From: Candidatus Woesearchaeota archaeon
Lineage (GTDB): Archaea > Nanobdellota > Nanobdellia > Woesearchaeales > GW2011-AR4
NCBI GenBank assembly: GCA_018303655.1
Contig: JAGVXT010000021.1
Coordinates: 18,811-82,810 of the forward strand
Direction: 5' to 3'
Length of the DNA: 64,000 nt
The notes under the pieces were generated by a model. The model was not told the origin of the DNA. It saw only the letters and a list, made by a program, of their open reading frames with translations, and did no database searches. Position numbers and translations under genes: made by a program. This document shows, piece by piece, positions 46,776 through 56,987 of this stretch. Each line of letters begins with the position of its first letter. Positions within the stretch are counted from its first letter, which is position 1.

Positions 46776-48230
46776 ATGAGCAGCGTCAGGAGAATTGCCG
46801 TAAATACTGTATCTTTGGGCATTGCAGAGATAGTTGCAAAGGTTGCCCAATTCATTATTTTTGTTTATGTAGCCAGGCAATTGGGCAATGCTATGTTTGG
46901 AAGATTCAACTTTGCCTATTCATTTTCATTGATAGCGGTGATATTTGCCGATATAGGAATAAACTATATGATTATCAGGGAGATTTCCAGAAAAAAAGAG
47001 CTGTTGAATAAGTTCATTAGCAACTCTTTCTTAATAAAAATAGTGCTGGGCACTATAATTTTTATTTTAAGTGTTGCTGTTCTGAACGCTTTCAATTATC
47101 CCAAAGAGACCAGGATTCTGGTTTATTTGTTTTTAGTGTATATGTTTTTGCGCTCCAATACGGAGCTTCTATTTTCTGTTTTTAAGGCATTTGAAAGGAT
47201 GCACTATGAAGCTTTGATAAAAAGCTTGGGAATCATCTTGATTCTTATTTTAGGCATATACAGCCTGATGTTTGCGAAAAACATAATTTTTCTCGGCTTT
47301 CTGTATGTCCTGGTCGAGCTTTCAGTGTTCTTGGTGACTTTGGCCGTTGTGACGACTAAATTCGTGAGGATTAAACTGGAGGCTGACTTTGCCTTCATTA
47401 AGAAGATAATAAAGCTTGCATTCCCGTTTACATTGGCTGTTATTTTTTCAGGGGTTTATTTTTATATTGACACAATCATGCTTTCATTCATGAAGGGTGA
47501 TGTTCCTGTAGGGGTATACAGCGCTTCCTATAATATAACGTTGGCTTTGTTGTTTATACCAAGCATGTACACCTTTGCCATATACCCGATCCTGGCAAGC
47601 AGTTATGATAAATCTAAAAAAAAGGTTACTTTTATATATGAAAGATCTTTCAAGTACCTGTACATACTTGGCTTGCCTATAAGCATTGGCCTTTTTATTA
47701 TTGCAAGAAATATAATTCTTTTTGTTTACGGGCAGAATTATTCATCCTCAATAATTGCACTGAAAATTTTGGCATGGTTTGTGCTGTTTAAATTTTTAAG
47801 CTACCTGACCGGGATTGTGCTTTCCTCAATAAATATACAAAAATACAGGACCTACAGCCAGGGCACAGCTGCGTTTTTGAACCTTGGGCTGAACCTTATA
47901 TTAATCCCAAAATATAGCTTTATAGGGGCCGGAATTGCCACTTTAACAAGCGAGATAGTTTTATTTGCGCTTACTTTTGCCTTTGTTTCCATGCATTTTC
48001 ATGCTTTCAATGTGCTGAAAATTCTGTATAAGCCATTAATTGCTGCGGCTGTAATGGCAATTGCAGTTATTTTTTTGGAGCTGAACATGTTTTTGGTCAT
48101 AATAATCGGTGCTGTTGTGTACTTCACGGTTTTATTTTTGCTAAAATCATTTGATGAAAAAGATTATTCATTGATGAAAAAATTGATAAAAATAGGCAAT
48201 CCTGATAAACATGAAATGTCATCCAGCTAG
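46776..48230 (+). CDS. Flippase (Wzx/MOP family)
   Basis: Multiple TMs, ARQLG..FG, D.G, DTIML...VGVYS, LIPKY..IGAGIAT. Confidence 0.93.
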   Translation: MSSVRRIAVNTVSLGIAEIVAKVAQFIIFVYVARQLGNAMFGRFNFAYSFSLIAVIFADIGINYMIIREISRKKELLNKFISNSFLIKIVLGTIIFILSVAVLNAFNYPKETRILVYLFLVYMFLRSNTELLFSVFKAFERMHYEALIKSLGIILILILGIYSLMFAKNIIFLGFLYVLVELSVFLVTLAVVTTKFVRIKLEADFAFIKKIIKLAFPFTLAVIFSGVYFYIDTIMLSFMKGDVPVGVYSASYNITLALLFIPSMYTFAIYPILASSYDKSKKKVTFIYERSFKYLYILGLPISIGLFIIARNIILFVYGQNYSSSIIALKILAWFVLFKFLSYLTGIVLSSINIQKYRTYSQGTAAFLNLGLNLILIPKYSFIGAGIATLTSEIVLFALTFAFVSMHFHAFNVLKILYKPLIAAAVMAIAVIFLELNMFLVIIIGAVVYFTVLFLLKSFDEKDYSLMKKLIKIGNPDKHEMSSS

Positions 48231-49455
48231 AAAATATTCTGTTTTGGAAAGCATAAAAAACAGGAAAGAAGTTAAAGAAGATGCAGCAATAAATTTTTTG
48301 CAAGGAGAATTGCATGACATAGCCTATTCTTATGTTAACGGGGGTTTTTCCAGAAAGGGCTTTGTTTTTTATCCGTTGATGAAGGGTTTGTCGAACGAAA
48401 ATAAAAATAAAATAATTGGATTGAGAACAGTTGCTGAATTTCTTGATGAGCGTGGCTATGATTTCAGCAGCACGTTGGGCTTATTCAAAAAATTTAAGGT
48501 AAATGGAAAGAGCGCGCCTTTGTTTTTATCCTGTTTGTATAATGATTTTTCAAATGCAGGGAAGCCGAAAACAGAAACCAGAAGAGTGGGATGCGAAGAA
48601 TTTGACTTGAGCAGTTATCCAAGGGAAGATTATGGGTATTTGAAACCGGTAGTGGAGCTAAAGGGGTTTGCTGAAGGTAAGTTGGAGGAATATTTAGTGG
48701 ATCTGCACATACACGGGAGCATAGCCACCAGAGATTATGTAAGGGGCTGGAGCGACTTAGACACGCTTATCATAATAAAGAAAAGTGCCTTGGACAGTCC
48801 TAAGCTGCTTGTTAAGCTGAGGGATTTGCTTTACATGTCTAAAAAGTATTTTTACAAAATTGATCCTTTGCAGCACCATGGCCACATGGTTATAACAGAA
48901 TATGACCTTGATTATTACTGCCAAACATTTTTCCCTTTGATTTTATTTAAGTACTCAAAATCTGTTTTTGGGAAAAAAAGCCTAAATGTCAAAGTTAGAG
49001 ACAGCAAGACAGAGAATGTAGATCGCTTTTGCTCTTTCGCGGATTATTTCAGGAACCTGTACCTGAACAAGAAGTTTTCTATGGGCAGCTACGAGCTGAA
49101 ATTCCTTTTTCATGCCATTGCCCTGTTTCCGACATTGTACCTGCAGGCCAAGGAAATACATGTCTATAAAAAATTCTCATTTGGCATGGCAAGAAAGGAT
49201 TTTGATGAAGTGCTGTGGAATCCGATAGATGAAGTCACCAGTATAAGAAAGGAATGGAAGGCACCAGGCGAGATGCCATTTATTGGGACAATCTCAAGCA
49301 TAAATCCTTTGCTTGCTTATCAGATAAATTCAAAATATCTGGATATGTCCAATAAAATTCAGAGATTAAATAATTTTGACATTAAGAAGATTGTTGTGGG
49401 GATGTATGCGCTTTCGGAAAGTGCATTGAGCAAGATAAAGCCTAGTGATTCCTGA
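48211..49455 (+). CDS. Pol-beta-like nucleotidyltransferase domain protein
   Basis: hHGSIA...WSDLD signature. Confidence 0.7.
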   Translation: MKCHPARKYSVLESIKNRKEVKEDAAINFLQGELHDIAYSYVNGGFSRKGFVFYPLMKGLSNENKNKIIGLRTVAEFLDERGYDFSSTLGLFKKFKVNGKSAPLFLSCLYNDFSNAGKPKTETRRVGCEEFDLSSYPREDYGYLKPVVELKGFAEGKLEEYLVDLHIHGSIATRDYVRGWSDLDTLIIIKKSALDSPKLLVKLRDLLYMSKKYFYKIDPLQHHGHMVITEYDLDYYCQTFFPLILFKYSKSVFGKKSLNVKVRDSKTENVDRFCSFADYFRNLYLNKKFSMGSYELKFLFHAIALFPTLYLQAKEIHVYKKFSFGMARKDFDEVLWNPIDEVTSIRKEWKAPGEMPFIGTISSINPLLAYQINSKYLDMSNKIQRLNNFDIKKIVVGMYALSESALSKIKPSDS

Positions 49456-50647
49456 AAAGGCTCCTAAATGAAAATAATATTCTTCTGAAAGCAGAACTGC
49501 TTGTTATGAGAATGAATGCGAGTATTAGCTTGTTCTTGAAGCCTCTTTCAGTCTTGTAGCCCAAGGGGAAGAAGCATGGGTAATGAGAGTGCTTAAGCTT
49601 ATTGGCGTACTCAACCTGATCATTTAATATCTGGATTCTTTTTTTTATGATTGGGTCAATATTGCTCTGCATGCATTTTATGGAAAGCCTTTTTTTTATA
49701 TATCTGCTTAGCCTTCCGTCAGCGCTTGAATAGCAGCATAATTGATTCAATAGGCTTATGGGAAGTATGGAGTAAAAGTTCTTGTATTTCACAAAGTGAT
49801 TTATCATCTGGCTTACCGCTCTTTCATTGTTCCATTCCTTCACGAATGAAATCCTGTTTTTGTTGCCCTTAAATATGATGTTTTGTTTTTTTGCGTTTAT
49901 AAGGTTGTTTTTATCCCTTGATAGGAATGCGTTGAATTCCGTAACAAAGTCCATTGACACATAAACCGCCTCTTTCAATAAATCGAAAAGCTCTGCTTCT
50001 CTTGGCTTTTCATTTAGCCTAAACCAATTTTTCCTGAGGTTGTTTACCCTCCCAGAAAAATTTTTCCATGCTGGTTTTTTTAAGCCGGCAATTTCATTGA
50101 AAATATTGAAACTGTGACCTAATGCATTGAGCCTTACCAGAACCATCCTGGCATTAAGCCTTTTTGAAAGGAGTATGTAAAGGTAATCAACCGGAAAATG
50201 CCTTAAAATAACGTCTGCTGTAAGGCAAGTTTTGATTTTTTTAAGCTCTGATTTTGAAGGCGTGTGGATGGCAATTTCCTTTCCGTATATTTTTATGAAA
50301 TTTGAGTTTGGATAGATGTATCTCATGTTTTTCATGATATCCTCAGTTATGATAAAAAAAGGATGAAAAACCAGATAGCTTGAGTCTTTATCGGTGTAAG
50401 TTCTCCTAAGAAATGATGGAAGCCTTGAGCCTTCTTTCAGCACAAATATAAGGTCTATGTCGGATATTCCTGGGACGCTTACATGCCCGAATGTATAGAC
50501 TGAAAGTATTTCCTTTGTTTTTTCTGCTTTGCGCCTTATCTTATCCAGCACACGTTCATAATCTTTTAGCCCGTACTTAATGGGGTGCGCATAGAATGAA
50601 ATATCTTCCTTTTTTAAATTCTCAATGTAGCGGTTTTTTATTTTCAT
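49442..50647 (-). CDS. Pol-beta-like nucleotidyltransferase domain protein
   Basis: YTFGH...PGISDIDLIFV signature. Confidence 0.62.
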   Translation of the reverse strand: MKIKNRYIENLKKEDISFYAHPIKYGLKDYERVLDKIRRKAEKTKEILSVYTFGHVSVPGISDIDLIFVLKEGSRLPSFLRRTYTDKDSSYLVFHPFFIITEDIMKNMRYIYPNSNFIKIYGKEIAIHTPSKSELKKIKTCLTADVILRHFPVDYLYILLSKRLNARMVLVRLNALGHSFNIFNEIAGLKKPAWKNFSGRVNNLRKNWFRLNEKPREAELFDLLKEAVYVSMDFVTEFNAFLSRDKNNLINAKKQNIIFKGNKNRISFVKEWNNERAVSQMINHFVKYKNFYSILPISLLNQLCCYSSADGRLSRYIKKRLSIKCMQSNIDPIIKKRIQILNDQVEYANKLKHSHYPCFFPLGYKTERGFKNKLILAFILITSSSAFRRILFSFRSLFRNH

Positions 50648-50653
50648 GCAGCA

Positions 50654-51454
50654 CTATCTGTACCTTATCGGGTTTCTCTTTTTCATTTCTGCGTACAAGT
50701 AATTGAATTCCTCTCCTGTTATTTCTTTGTTGTTCAGCTTTTTCAGTATGATGCCGAAGTTATAGGGCCCTTCCGCAACCCTGAAGTAATCTATTACCTT
50801 GAATCCAAGAAACTGGAAATATGTTTCATGAAGGCTGCTTATGTAAGCTCCATGGCAATGCACGCTGTAACCATCCTTTTTTGTAAGATCAGATAGAATG
50901 GCATAAATTTCCATGGCCCTGCAAACGTTTGAATGCTTTTCGTCCTCGATGCTTGGGTTGTCGTGCAGCAGGTTGTTTGAAAAGGTTATGTCAAATTTTT
51001 TGCTTGCTTTTGAACCAAAATTTTCCAGACTCAGAATTTTTCCATTGTCTTTTGCCATCAAGCTGGTGGTGTTTGCCCTTGTCTTGCCTAAGAAGCCCAA
51101 ATGTTCGGTTTTTGCATCAACAGGCAATATTTCCAATAAATCAATGCCTGAGAAATCAACGTTTGACAGTACCTTTCTAAGCTCGCTTATTTTTGACTCT
51201 TCAATCTCAAAAATGTTTTTTGCCAGGTTAAATTCAACAAATGGCTCTATAATCGTGAAAAATTCATTTAACCTGTTCTTGGCAAGAAAAGAGCAGTTTA
51301 TGATATTCAAGAGCAAAGGGTCATAGCTGGAATTCAATATTTTTGGAAATTTGTCCTTTTCAAACAAGACTATTCCGTTTCTTGTTTTTTCATGAAAAAT
51401 TTGCACTTTGCTGTTAATTGTGTCATCAATGCCTTTCCTGATGTCAACTTCCAT
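50654..51454 (-). CDS. Hypothetical protein, possibly a degenerate methyltransferase fold
   Basis: Weak LLEI..., FDITFS, LTKKDG pattern; no glycine-rich motif I. Confidence 0.5.
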   Translation of the reverse strand: MEVDIRKGIDDTINSKVQIFHEKTRNGIVLFEKDKFPKILNSSYDPLLLNIINCSFLAKNRLNEFFTIIEPFVEFNLAKNIFEIEESKISELRKVLSNVDFSGIDLLEILPVDAKTEHLGFLGKTRANTTSLMAKDNGKILSLENFGSKASKKFDITFSNNLLHDNPSIEDEKHSNVCRAMEIYAILSDLTKKDGYSVHCHGAYISSLHETYFQFLGFKVIDYFRVAEGPYNFGIILKKLNNKEITGEEFNYLYAEMKKRNPIRYR

Positions 51455-51582
51455 AAGCTTGGATTATAAACCTGTTTTATAAAACTTTCCTCAATATTTA
51501 TGCCGATAGTTGGGTGTTTTATTGTCGTTGTATCACAGAAAACTTTATATATGGCAATACATACTTAACAATTGTGAATTAA

Positions 51583-52986
51583 ATGAAAGTATTGCTTATA
51601 CTGCCTCCAAATATAGGAAGGTATGTTGTTGCTACAGTCCCGCATGCCGGCCTTGCTTATCTTGCAGCTATTTTGGAAAGGGATGGCCATCAGGTTGAAA
51701 TACATGACATGAGGATTTATTCTGATGACAGGCTTTTGGCAAAAAAGATTGAAAGCTTCAAGCCAAGGCTTATAGGCCTTTCAACAGCAAGCATCGGGTA
51801 TAAGATGTCTTATGAAATAATCAACACGATAAAGAAAAAATACCCGAATATCCCATTGGCCATCGGTGGGTCATACGCTTCCACGGTTCACACAAAAGTT
51901 TTGGAGGATACTAAAGCAGATTATGCTGTTTATGGGGAAGGGGAACAAACCTTTTTGGACTTGGCAAAAGGAATTGCTCCGAGCAAAATAAAGGGGCTTA
52001 TCTGGAGGGATAACGGGGAGATTATAATGAATCCGCCTTATCCGCTTGTGCAGGATCTTGACAGCATGCCTTTTCCAAAATATGAGAAATTTGAATTAAG
52101 CAAGATGCTTGAGAAAAGGATTCCAATAGTAAGCTCAAGAGGATGCCCGAACAGGTGCACTTTTTGCTCCATACAGCTTGTCATGGGATATCCGTTCAGG
52201 ACCCGAAGCCCTGAAAATGTCTTGAAGGAAATTGAATACTGGTATAAGAAAGGCTACGACACATTTGAGTTCAGCGATGATAATTTCACCTTCAACATGC
52301 CGAGGGCAGAAAAGATATGCGACTTAATAATAGAAAGCGGCATGAAAATAAAGATAATTTTTGGCAATGGCTTGAGGGCTGACAGGGTTAACGCAAATCT
52401 GCTTAAAAAATTAAGGGAAGCAGGATGCATCTGGATAGGCTACGGGCTTGAGACTTCTGATTTGCACAGCCTGGAGCTGTTGAAGAAAGATTTGGATGTA
52501 AACCAGCTGAAATGGGCTGTCAAGGAGTCAAAAAAGCTGGGAATTGAAGTGCAGGTCCATAACATAATCGGAACGCCTGGGTCAACATTTGACACTTTTA
52601 TGAAAGACATTAAGCTTGCGGATGACTTGGGCATTGACCAAGTAAGATTCTTTAACATGATTCCGTACCCCGGAACTGAGATGTTTGAATGGGTAAAGCA
52701 GAATGGCAGGTTTTTGCACCAGCCTGATGAATATCTGAACAGCCTGGATTACTGGGCTGAAGAGCCTGTTTTTGAGACAGATGACTTCACAAGAGAAGAA
52801 AGAATCAAAGCTTTCCGCATAGGCCAGGACAAGGTTATGGAGCTTCATTTAAGAAGGCACTTTGGCAAGGGCTTGGGAAGAATGGGCTTTAAATTATACA
52901 AGAACAGCCTGATAAAAAAGTATGGCATGAAGCCGGCTACAAAAGCTTGGATTATGCTCAAAAGATTAAGAATAAAGCAGCATTAA
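51583..52986 (+). CDS. B12-binding domain radical SAM protein
   Basis: [34 protein letters not shown]. Confidence 0.92.
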   Translation: MKVLLILPPNIGRYVVATVPHAGLAYLAAILERDGHQVEIHDMRIYSDDRLLAKKIESFKPRLIGLSTASIGYKMSYEIINTIKKKYPNIPLAIGGSYASTVHTKVLEDTKADYAVYGEGEQTFLDLAKGIAPSKIKGLIWRDNGEIIMNPPYPLVQDLDSMPFPKYEKFELSKMLEKRIPIVSSRGCPNRCTFCSIQLVMGYPFRTRSPENVLKEIEYWYKKGYDTFEFSDDNFTFNMPRAEKICDLIIESGMKIKIIFGNGLRADRVNANLLKKLREAGCIWIGYGLETSDLHSLELLKKDLDVNQLKWAVKESKKLGIEVQVHNIIGTPGSTFDTFMKDIKLADDLGIDQVRFFNMIPYPGTEMFEWVKQNGRFLHQPDEYLNSLDYWAEEPVFETDDFTREERIKAFRIGQDKVMELHLRRHFGKGLGRMGFKLYKNSLIKKYGMKPATKAWIMLKRLRIKQH

Positions 52987-53924
52987 TCCTGATTTTTATT
53001 ATATTTAAAAAAATCTATAGTTTTTCTCAAGCCTTCTTTTAACTCGATTTTCGGCTCCCATTTCAGCATTTTTTTTGCCCTTGATATGTCAGGGCATCTT
53101 ACATGCGGATCATCTATTGGCAATGGCCTGAAAACAATTTTGCTCCTGCTTTTTGTAAGCTCTTTTATTAATTCAGCAAACTCGAGAATGGTGTGTTCTT
53201 CGGGATTTCCAAGATTGACAGGCTCGCTTATGTTTGAAAGCATTAAATTGTATATGCCCTCAACCAGATCGTTCACATAGCAGAAGCTTCTTGTCTGGTT
53301 ACCTTTTCCATAAACGGTCATCGGTTCGTTTTTTAATGCCTGCGTTATGAAGTTCGGCACAACCCTTCCGTCATTTTTTCTCATCCTTGGGCCATAAGTG
53401 TTGAAAATCCTGACAATTTTTGTGTCAAGTTGGTGTATCCTATGGTAGGCCATTGTAAGCGCTTCCGCAAACCTTTTGGCTTCGTCATAGCATCCCCTTA
53501 TTCCAATGGGGTTGACATTGCCCCAGTAAGTTTCAGGCTGCGGATTTACCAGTGGATCGCCGTAAACCTCTGATGTTGAGGCAAGCACATACTTTGATTT
53601 TTTAGCCAATGCCAATCCAAGAGTGTTATGTGTGCCAAGGCTTCCAACCTTTAATGTCTGTATAGGTATTTTCTGGTAGTCAATCGGGGATGCAGGCGAT
53701 GCAAAGTGCAGCACAAAATCAAGCTTTTCATTGACAACAATATGCTTGCTTACATCATGGTAAATATAAGTAAAATCTTTGCTGCTTCTCAAGTGGCTTA
53801 TGTTGCTTATGCCGCCTGTTGCAAGATTGTCCATGGCGATTACCTTGTATCCTTTGCCTAAAAGAAACTCGCAAATGTGGCTTCCGATAAATCCTGCTCC
53901 TCCTGTTATTAATGCTGTTTTCAT
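52983..53924 (-). CDS. uxs: UDP-glucuronate decarboxylase (UDP-xylose synthase)
   Basis: [38 protein letters not shown]. Confidence 0.92.
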   Translation of the reverse strand: MKTALITGGAGFIGSHICEFLLGKGYKVIAMDNLATGGISNISHLRSSKDFTYIYHDVSKHIVVNEKLDFVLHFASPASPIDYQKIPIQTLKVGSLGTHNTLGLALAKKSKYVLASTSEVYGDPLVNPQPETYWGNVNPIGIRGCYDEAKRFAEALTMAYHRIHQLDTKIVRIFNTYGPRMRKNDGRVVPNFITQALKNEPMTVYGKGNQTRSFCYVNDLVEGIYNLMLSNISEPVNLGNPEEHTILEFAELIKELTKSRSKIVFRPLPIDDPHVRCPDISRAKKMLKWEPKIELKEGLRKTIDFFKYNKNQD

Positions 53925-54655
53925 TTTTGCTTGTAATATCTGTTTGCCTTTTCCAGCTGCTCAATGCTTCCTATATCATACCATTTCTTATCTGTAACAA
54001 AGGAATGCACCTGCTCCCTTTTGTGAAGCCATTCTATGAAATTGCCGGTTTTGTCAGGGTTGTTACCCTGCTCAATGTATTTTTTTATTAAGGGTATTGT
54101 CTTCTTTGGGAACAGATAAATTCCTGTTGAAGCAAGTGTTGATTTTGGGGCAACAGGCTTTTCCTCAAAATTCACGATGATGCCATTATCTATATCAACA
54201 ATTCCATAATGCTTCGCTAATTTAATGTCCTTTACATCATAAAGGACGATAACATTTGATTTTTTCTTTTTGAAGAAATTGGCAGCATCCTCTAAGGGCA
54301 TCTCAAAAAGGTTGTCGCCTGCAACCACTATGATATCATTGTCAAGGTTTTTTTTGGTGATGGTGTGGTGTATGTCGCCCAAAGCGCCAAGCCTGTCTTC
54401 ATTGCTTTTGGTGCCGTCGTTTATTATTTCAATCGGGTTTTCTGCATTAAAATTGTTGATCCATTTTTTGAAATGCTGCTCGAATTTGTCGTTTGTGACA
54501 ATGTAGATTTTATTGATTGAATCTATCTTGCTTAATTTTTTTATTATATGTTCTATTATGGGCTTTCCTGCAACATTCAGCAACGGCTTTGGAGTGTTTT
54601 CTGTCAGGGGATACAGCCTTGTTGCATATCCTGCTGCCAATATTATCGCGTCCAT
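53921..54655 (-). CDS. Sugar-1-phosphate nucleotidyltransferase
   Basis: [30 protein letters not shown]. Confidence 0.92.
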   Translation of the reverse strand: MDAIILAAGYATRLYPLTENTPKPLLNVAGKPIIEHIIKKLSKIDSINKIYIVTNDKFEQHFKKWINNFNAENPIEIINDGTKSNEDRLGALGDIHHTITKKNLDNDIIVVAGDNLFEMPLEDAANFFKKKKSNVIVLYDVKDIKLAKHYGIVDIDNGIIVNFEEKPVAPKSTLASTGIYLFPKKTIPLIKKYIEQGNNPDKTGNFIEWLHKREQVHSFVTDKKWYDIGSIEQLEKANRYYKQK

Positions 54656-55957
54656 TTAGTGCACTTCCTTTCTTCCAATGCTGATGTACGTGAAGCCATC
54701 ATTTTTCATGTCTTCTAGCCTATAAATGTTCCTACCGTCAATGATTAATGGATGCTTCATCAGGGATTTTATTCTTTTCATATCAATTTCTTTGAACTCG
54801 TCCCATTCCGTGACTATGACAAGAGCGTCTGCATCTTTTGCGGCGTCGTAAGTGTTGCTGCAATATTCAATATTTTTCAGTATGCCTTTTGATTTTTCCA
54901 TTGCCTTCGGATCATATGCCTTTATTTTTGCCCCTTCTTTCTGCAACTCTGTTATGATGTCAACAGAAGGCGCGAATCTCATGTCATCAGTGTTTGGCTT
55001 GAATGCCAGCCCCAGAATGCCGATTGTCTTGCCCTTTACAATCCACAATGCCTTTTCTATCTTGCTTACAAAATGATTTCTTTGATTATTGTTTATTTCC
55101 TGAACTGCCTTGAGCAGACTGAAATCATATCCGAATTTTTCTGATATCCTTATGAATGCTTCTGCATCCTTTGGAAAGCAAAAGCCCCCATATCCAATTC
55201 CTGCGTCAAGGAAGCTTCTTCCGATTCTTTTGTCATAGCCCATTCCTTCCGCCACTTTTTCGACATCAGCACCTGCTGCCTCGCAGATGCTTGCTATTGC
55301 ATTTATGAAGGATATTTTTGCTGCAAGAAATGAGTTTGATGCGTGCTTTATGATTTCAGCGCTTTTTATGTCTGTGAATATGATTGGAGCCTTTAATGGT
55401 GAGTACAGTTTTTTCATTATATCTTTTGCCCTTTCGCTTTCGCACCCAATCACTATCCTGTCAGGATGCATGAAGTCATTGACAGCGCTTCCTTCCCTCA
55501 AAAATTCGGGATTGCTGACAACATCAAAATCAACTTTGTGCGCATTGTAGCTTTTTATTGACTTTGCAATTTTATCCCCCGTTTCAACAGGCACGGTGCT
55601 TTTCTCAACAATTATCTTGTAAGAGTCCATTACATCCGCAATAGTTCTTGCAACGTCTTCAACGTAGCTCAAATCAGCTTCCCCATTCTTCTTTGGAGGA
55701 GTGCCTACGCAGATGAATATTATATCTGATTCTTTTATTGATTTTTTAAGGTCTGTTGTGAAGCTTATTTTTCCTTTTTTCCTGTTTTTTATTAATAACT
55801 CCTCCAAACCGGGCTCAAAGATTGGAATAATATTGTTATTCAGATTCTTTATCTTGTCCTCTTCTATATCAACGCAGACAACATCGTTTCCAAGCTCTGC
55901 AAAGCAAGCCCCCGTGACCAAGCCAACATAGCCTGCTCCCACAACTGCAATTTTCAT
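54656..55957 (-). CDS. ugd: UDP-glucose 6-dehydrogenase
   Basis: GAGYVGL, KSTVP, SNPEFLREG, GYGGFCFPKD, GLAFKPNTDD. Confidence 0.95.
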   Translation of the reverse strand: MKIAVVGAGYVGLVTGACFAELGNDVVCVDIEEDKIKNLNNNIIPIFEPGLEELLIKNRKKGKISFTTDLKKSIKESDIIFICVGTPPKKNGEADLSYVEDVARTIADVMDSYKIIVEKSTVPVETGDKIAKSIKSYNAHKVDFDVVSNPEFLREGSAVNDFMHPDRIVIGCESERAKDIMKKLYSPLKAPIIFTDIKSAEIIKHASNSFLAAKISFINAIASICEAAGADVEKVAEGMGYDKRIGRSFLDAGIGYGGFCFPKDAEAFIRISEKFGYDFSLLKAVQEINNNQRNHFVSKIEKALWIVKGKTIGILGLAFKPNTDDMRFAPSVDIITELQKEGAKIKAYDPKAMEKSKGILKNIEYCSNTYDAAKDADALVIVTEWDEFKEIDMKRIKSLMKHPLIIDGRNIYRLEDMKNDGFTYISIGRKEVH

Positions 55958-55985
55958 ATAGCTTTAGAACAGAAACATATTTAAA

Positions 55986-56014
55986 TATCTTACCATTATC
56001 CTACTTTATCATAC
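55986..56014 (+). promoter_or_regulatory. Three TATCnTAC direct repeats next to a TATA box (candidate operator)
   Basis: TATCTTAC 55986, TATCCTAC 55997, TATCATAC 56007; TTTAAATA at ~55980 in the 64-bp divergent intergenic region. Confidence 0.55.
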
Positions 56015-56021
56015 CTTTAAA

Positions 56022-56822
56022 ATGCCTAAAACTAAAATATCCATAACCATCAATGGGAAGACTTTGCAGGACATAGATTCTATCATTGACAATATATATA
56101 TTCGCAACAGAAGTCAAGCTATAGAGCACCTTGCGAAGAACGCTTTGGGAGAGAACAAGGCTGCTGTTATTCTACTTGGGGGCAATGACGGGCATTTAAG
56201 AATCTCAAAGGAAGATTACAGGCCGACTGCAAGAATAAAAAATAATTCTGTTATAGAACTGGGGCTGAAAAAGCTGAGGGAAAACAATTTCAAGACTGTG
56301 TTCATTGTCGCAAGGCATAATTTATTGACAAAATTGTTTGAAATGCTGAAAGACGGCACAAACTATGGCGTAAAAATAAATTATATTGAAGAAAAATCCT
56401 CCAATGGCACTGCAGATTCTTTGAGGCTGTTAAAAGGAAGGGTTAATGCCAATTTCCTTGTTGTTTACGGCGATTTAATCTTTAACAAGATAAACATTGA
56501 GGAATTGTGGAATGACCACATAAAGCAGAATGCAATTGCAACAATAATGCTTACAACATCTTCAAAGCCAAGCGAAAAAGGAACTGTAAGGGTTGAGGGC
56601 AATAAAGTACTTGCCTTTACGCAAAAGCCTAAAAAATCCGATATTTACCTTGTGTTTTCCCCTATATTTGTTGCAGAGCCCCAGATTTTTGAGTACTCCG
56701 GAGCCAGCCTGGAATTCAATGTTTTTCCTGAACTGGCTGACAAAGGGCTTTTGAACGGACATTTGAGTTCCGAGAAAGAGGTACACATTCATACAAAAAG
56801 AGACGTTGAGAATTTAAAATAA
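56022..56822 (+). CDS. Ribbon-helix-helix domain fused to a degenerate sugar-phosphate nucleotidyltransferase domain
   Basis: N-terminal KISITI...IDSI...RNRSQAIE (RHH); GTADSL, VYGD, QKP NTP_transferase remnants; GxGTR motif lost. Confidence 0.78.
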   Translation: MPKTKISITINGKTLQDIDSIIDNIYIRNRSQAIEHLAKNALGENKAAVILLGGNDGHLRISKEDYRPTARIKNNSVIELGLKKLRENNFKTVFIVARHNLLTKLFEMLKDGTNYGVKINYIEEKSSNGTADSLRLLKGRVNANFLVVYGDLIFNKINIEELWNDHIKQNAIATIMLTTSSKPSEKGTVRVEGNKVLAFTQKPKKSDIYLVFSPIFVAEPQIFEYSGASLEFNVFPELADKGLLNGHLSSEKEVHIHTKRDVENLK

Positions 56823-56966
56823 GGTGGACAGCTTTTCCAGTTTCCCACACATAAGTGAAGTACTGCTGGAAACGGAGGCTTGCTTAACTTCCGTGAACCC
56901 GGAAAGTGCTTGGTGCACATCCTTTCGGGATGGGAACGGGTGAACCAAGCCCCTATGACCGTCCAA
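56823..56966 (-). rRNA. rrf: 5S rRNA gene with a 28-nt insert in loop C
   Basis: Helix I TGGACGGT/GCTGTCCA, CATAG, CCCGTTCCCATCCCGAA...CACGGAAGTTAAG, AGTAC, TGGGAAAC; ends approximate. Confidence 0.92.
56896..56923 (-). other. Putative BHB-type intron in 5S rRNA (AGGATGTGCACCAAGCACTTTCCGGGTT)
   Basis: CCCG/CGGG 4-bp helix with AAA and UUC bulges; removal restores CCCGAACACGG. Confidence 0.75.
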
Positions 56967-56987
56967 GCAGATGAGTAGATTTGGAGG

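Noticed and set aside
46654-46776. N-terminal extension of the 537-aa radical SAM ORF (similarly 21540-21674, 12330-12404, 58491-58607)
   Set aside because: The extensions run through promoter/intergenic or overlapping-gene sequence; downstream ATGs match the family N-termini
48211-50647. CBASS/CD-NTase or MNT-HEPN toxin-antitoxin interpretation
   Set aside because: No effector, Cap or HEPN (RxxxxH) partner is adjacent, and the context is a glycan locus
56896-56923. Reading the 5S insert as a simple retained expansion segment or pseudogene damage
   Set aside because: Disfavoured but not excluded: it breaks the conserved loop C motif, its ends coincide with predicted BHB cut sites, and the other helices and the promoter are intact
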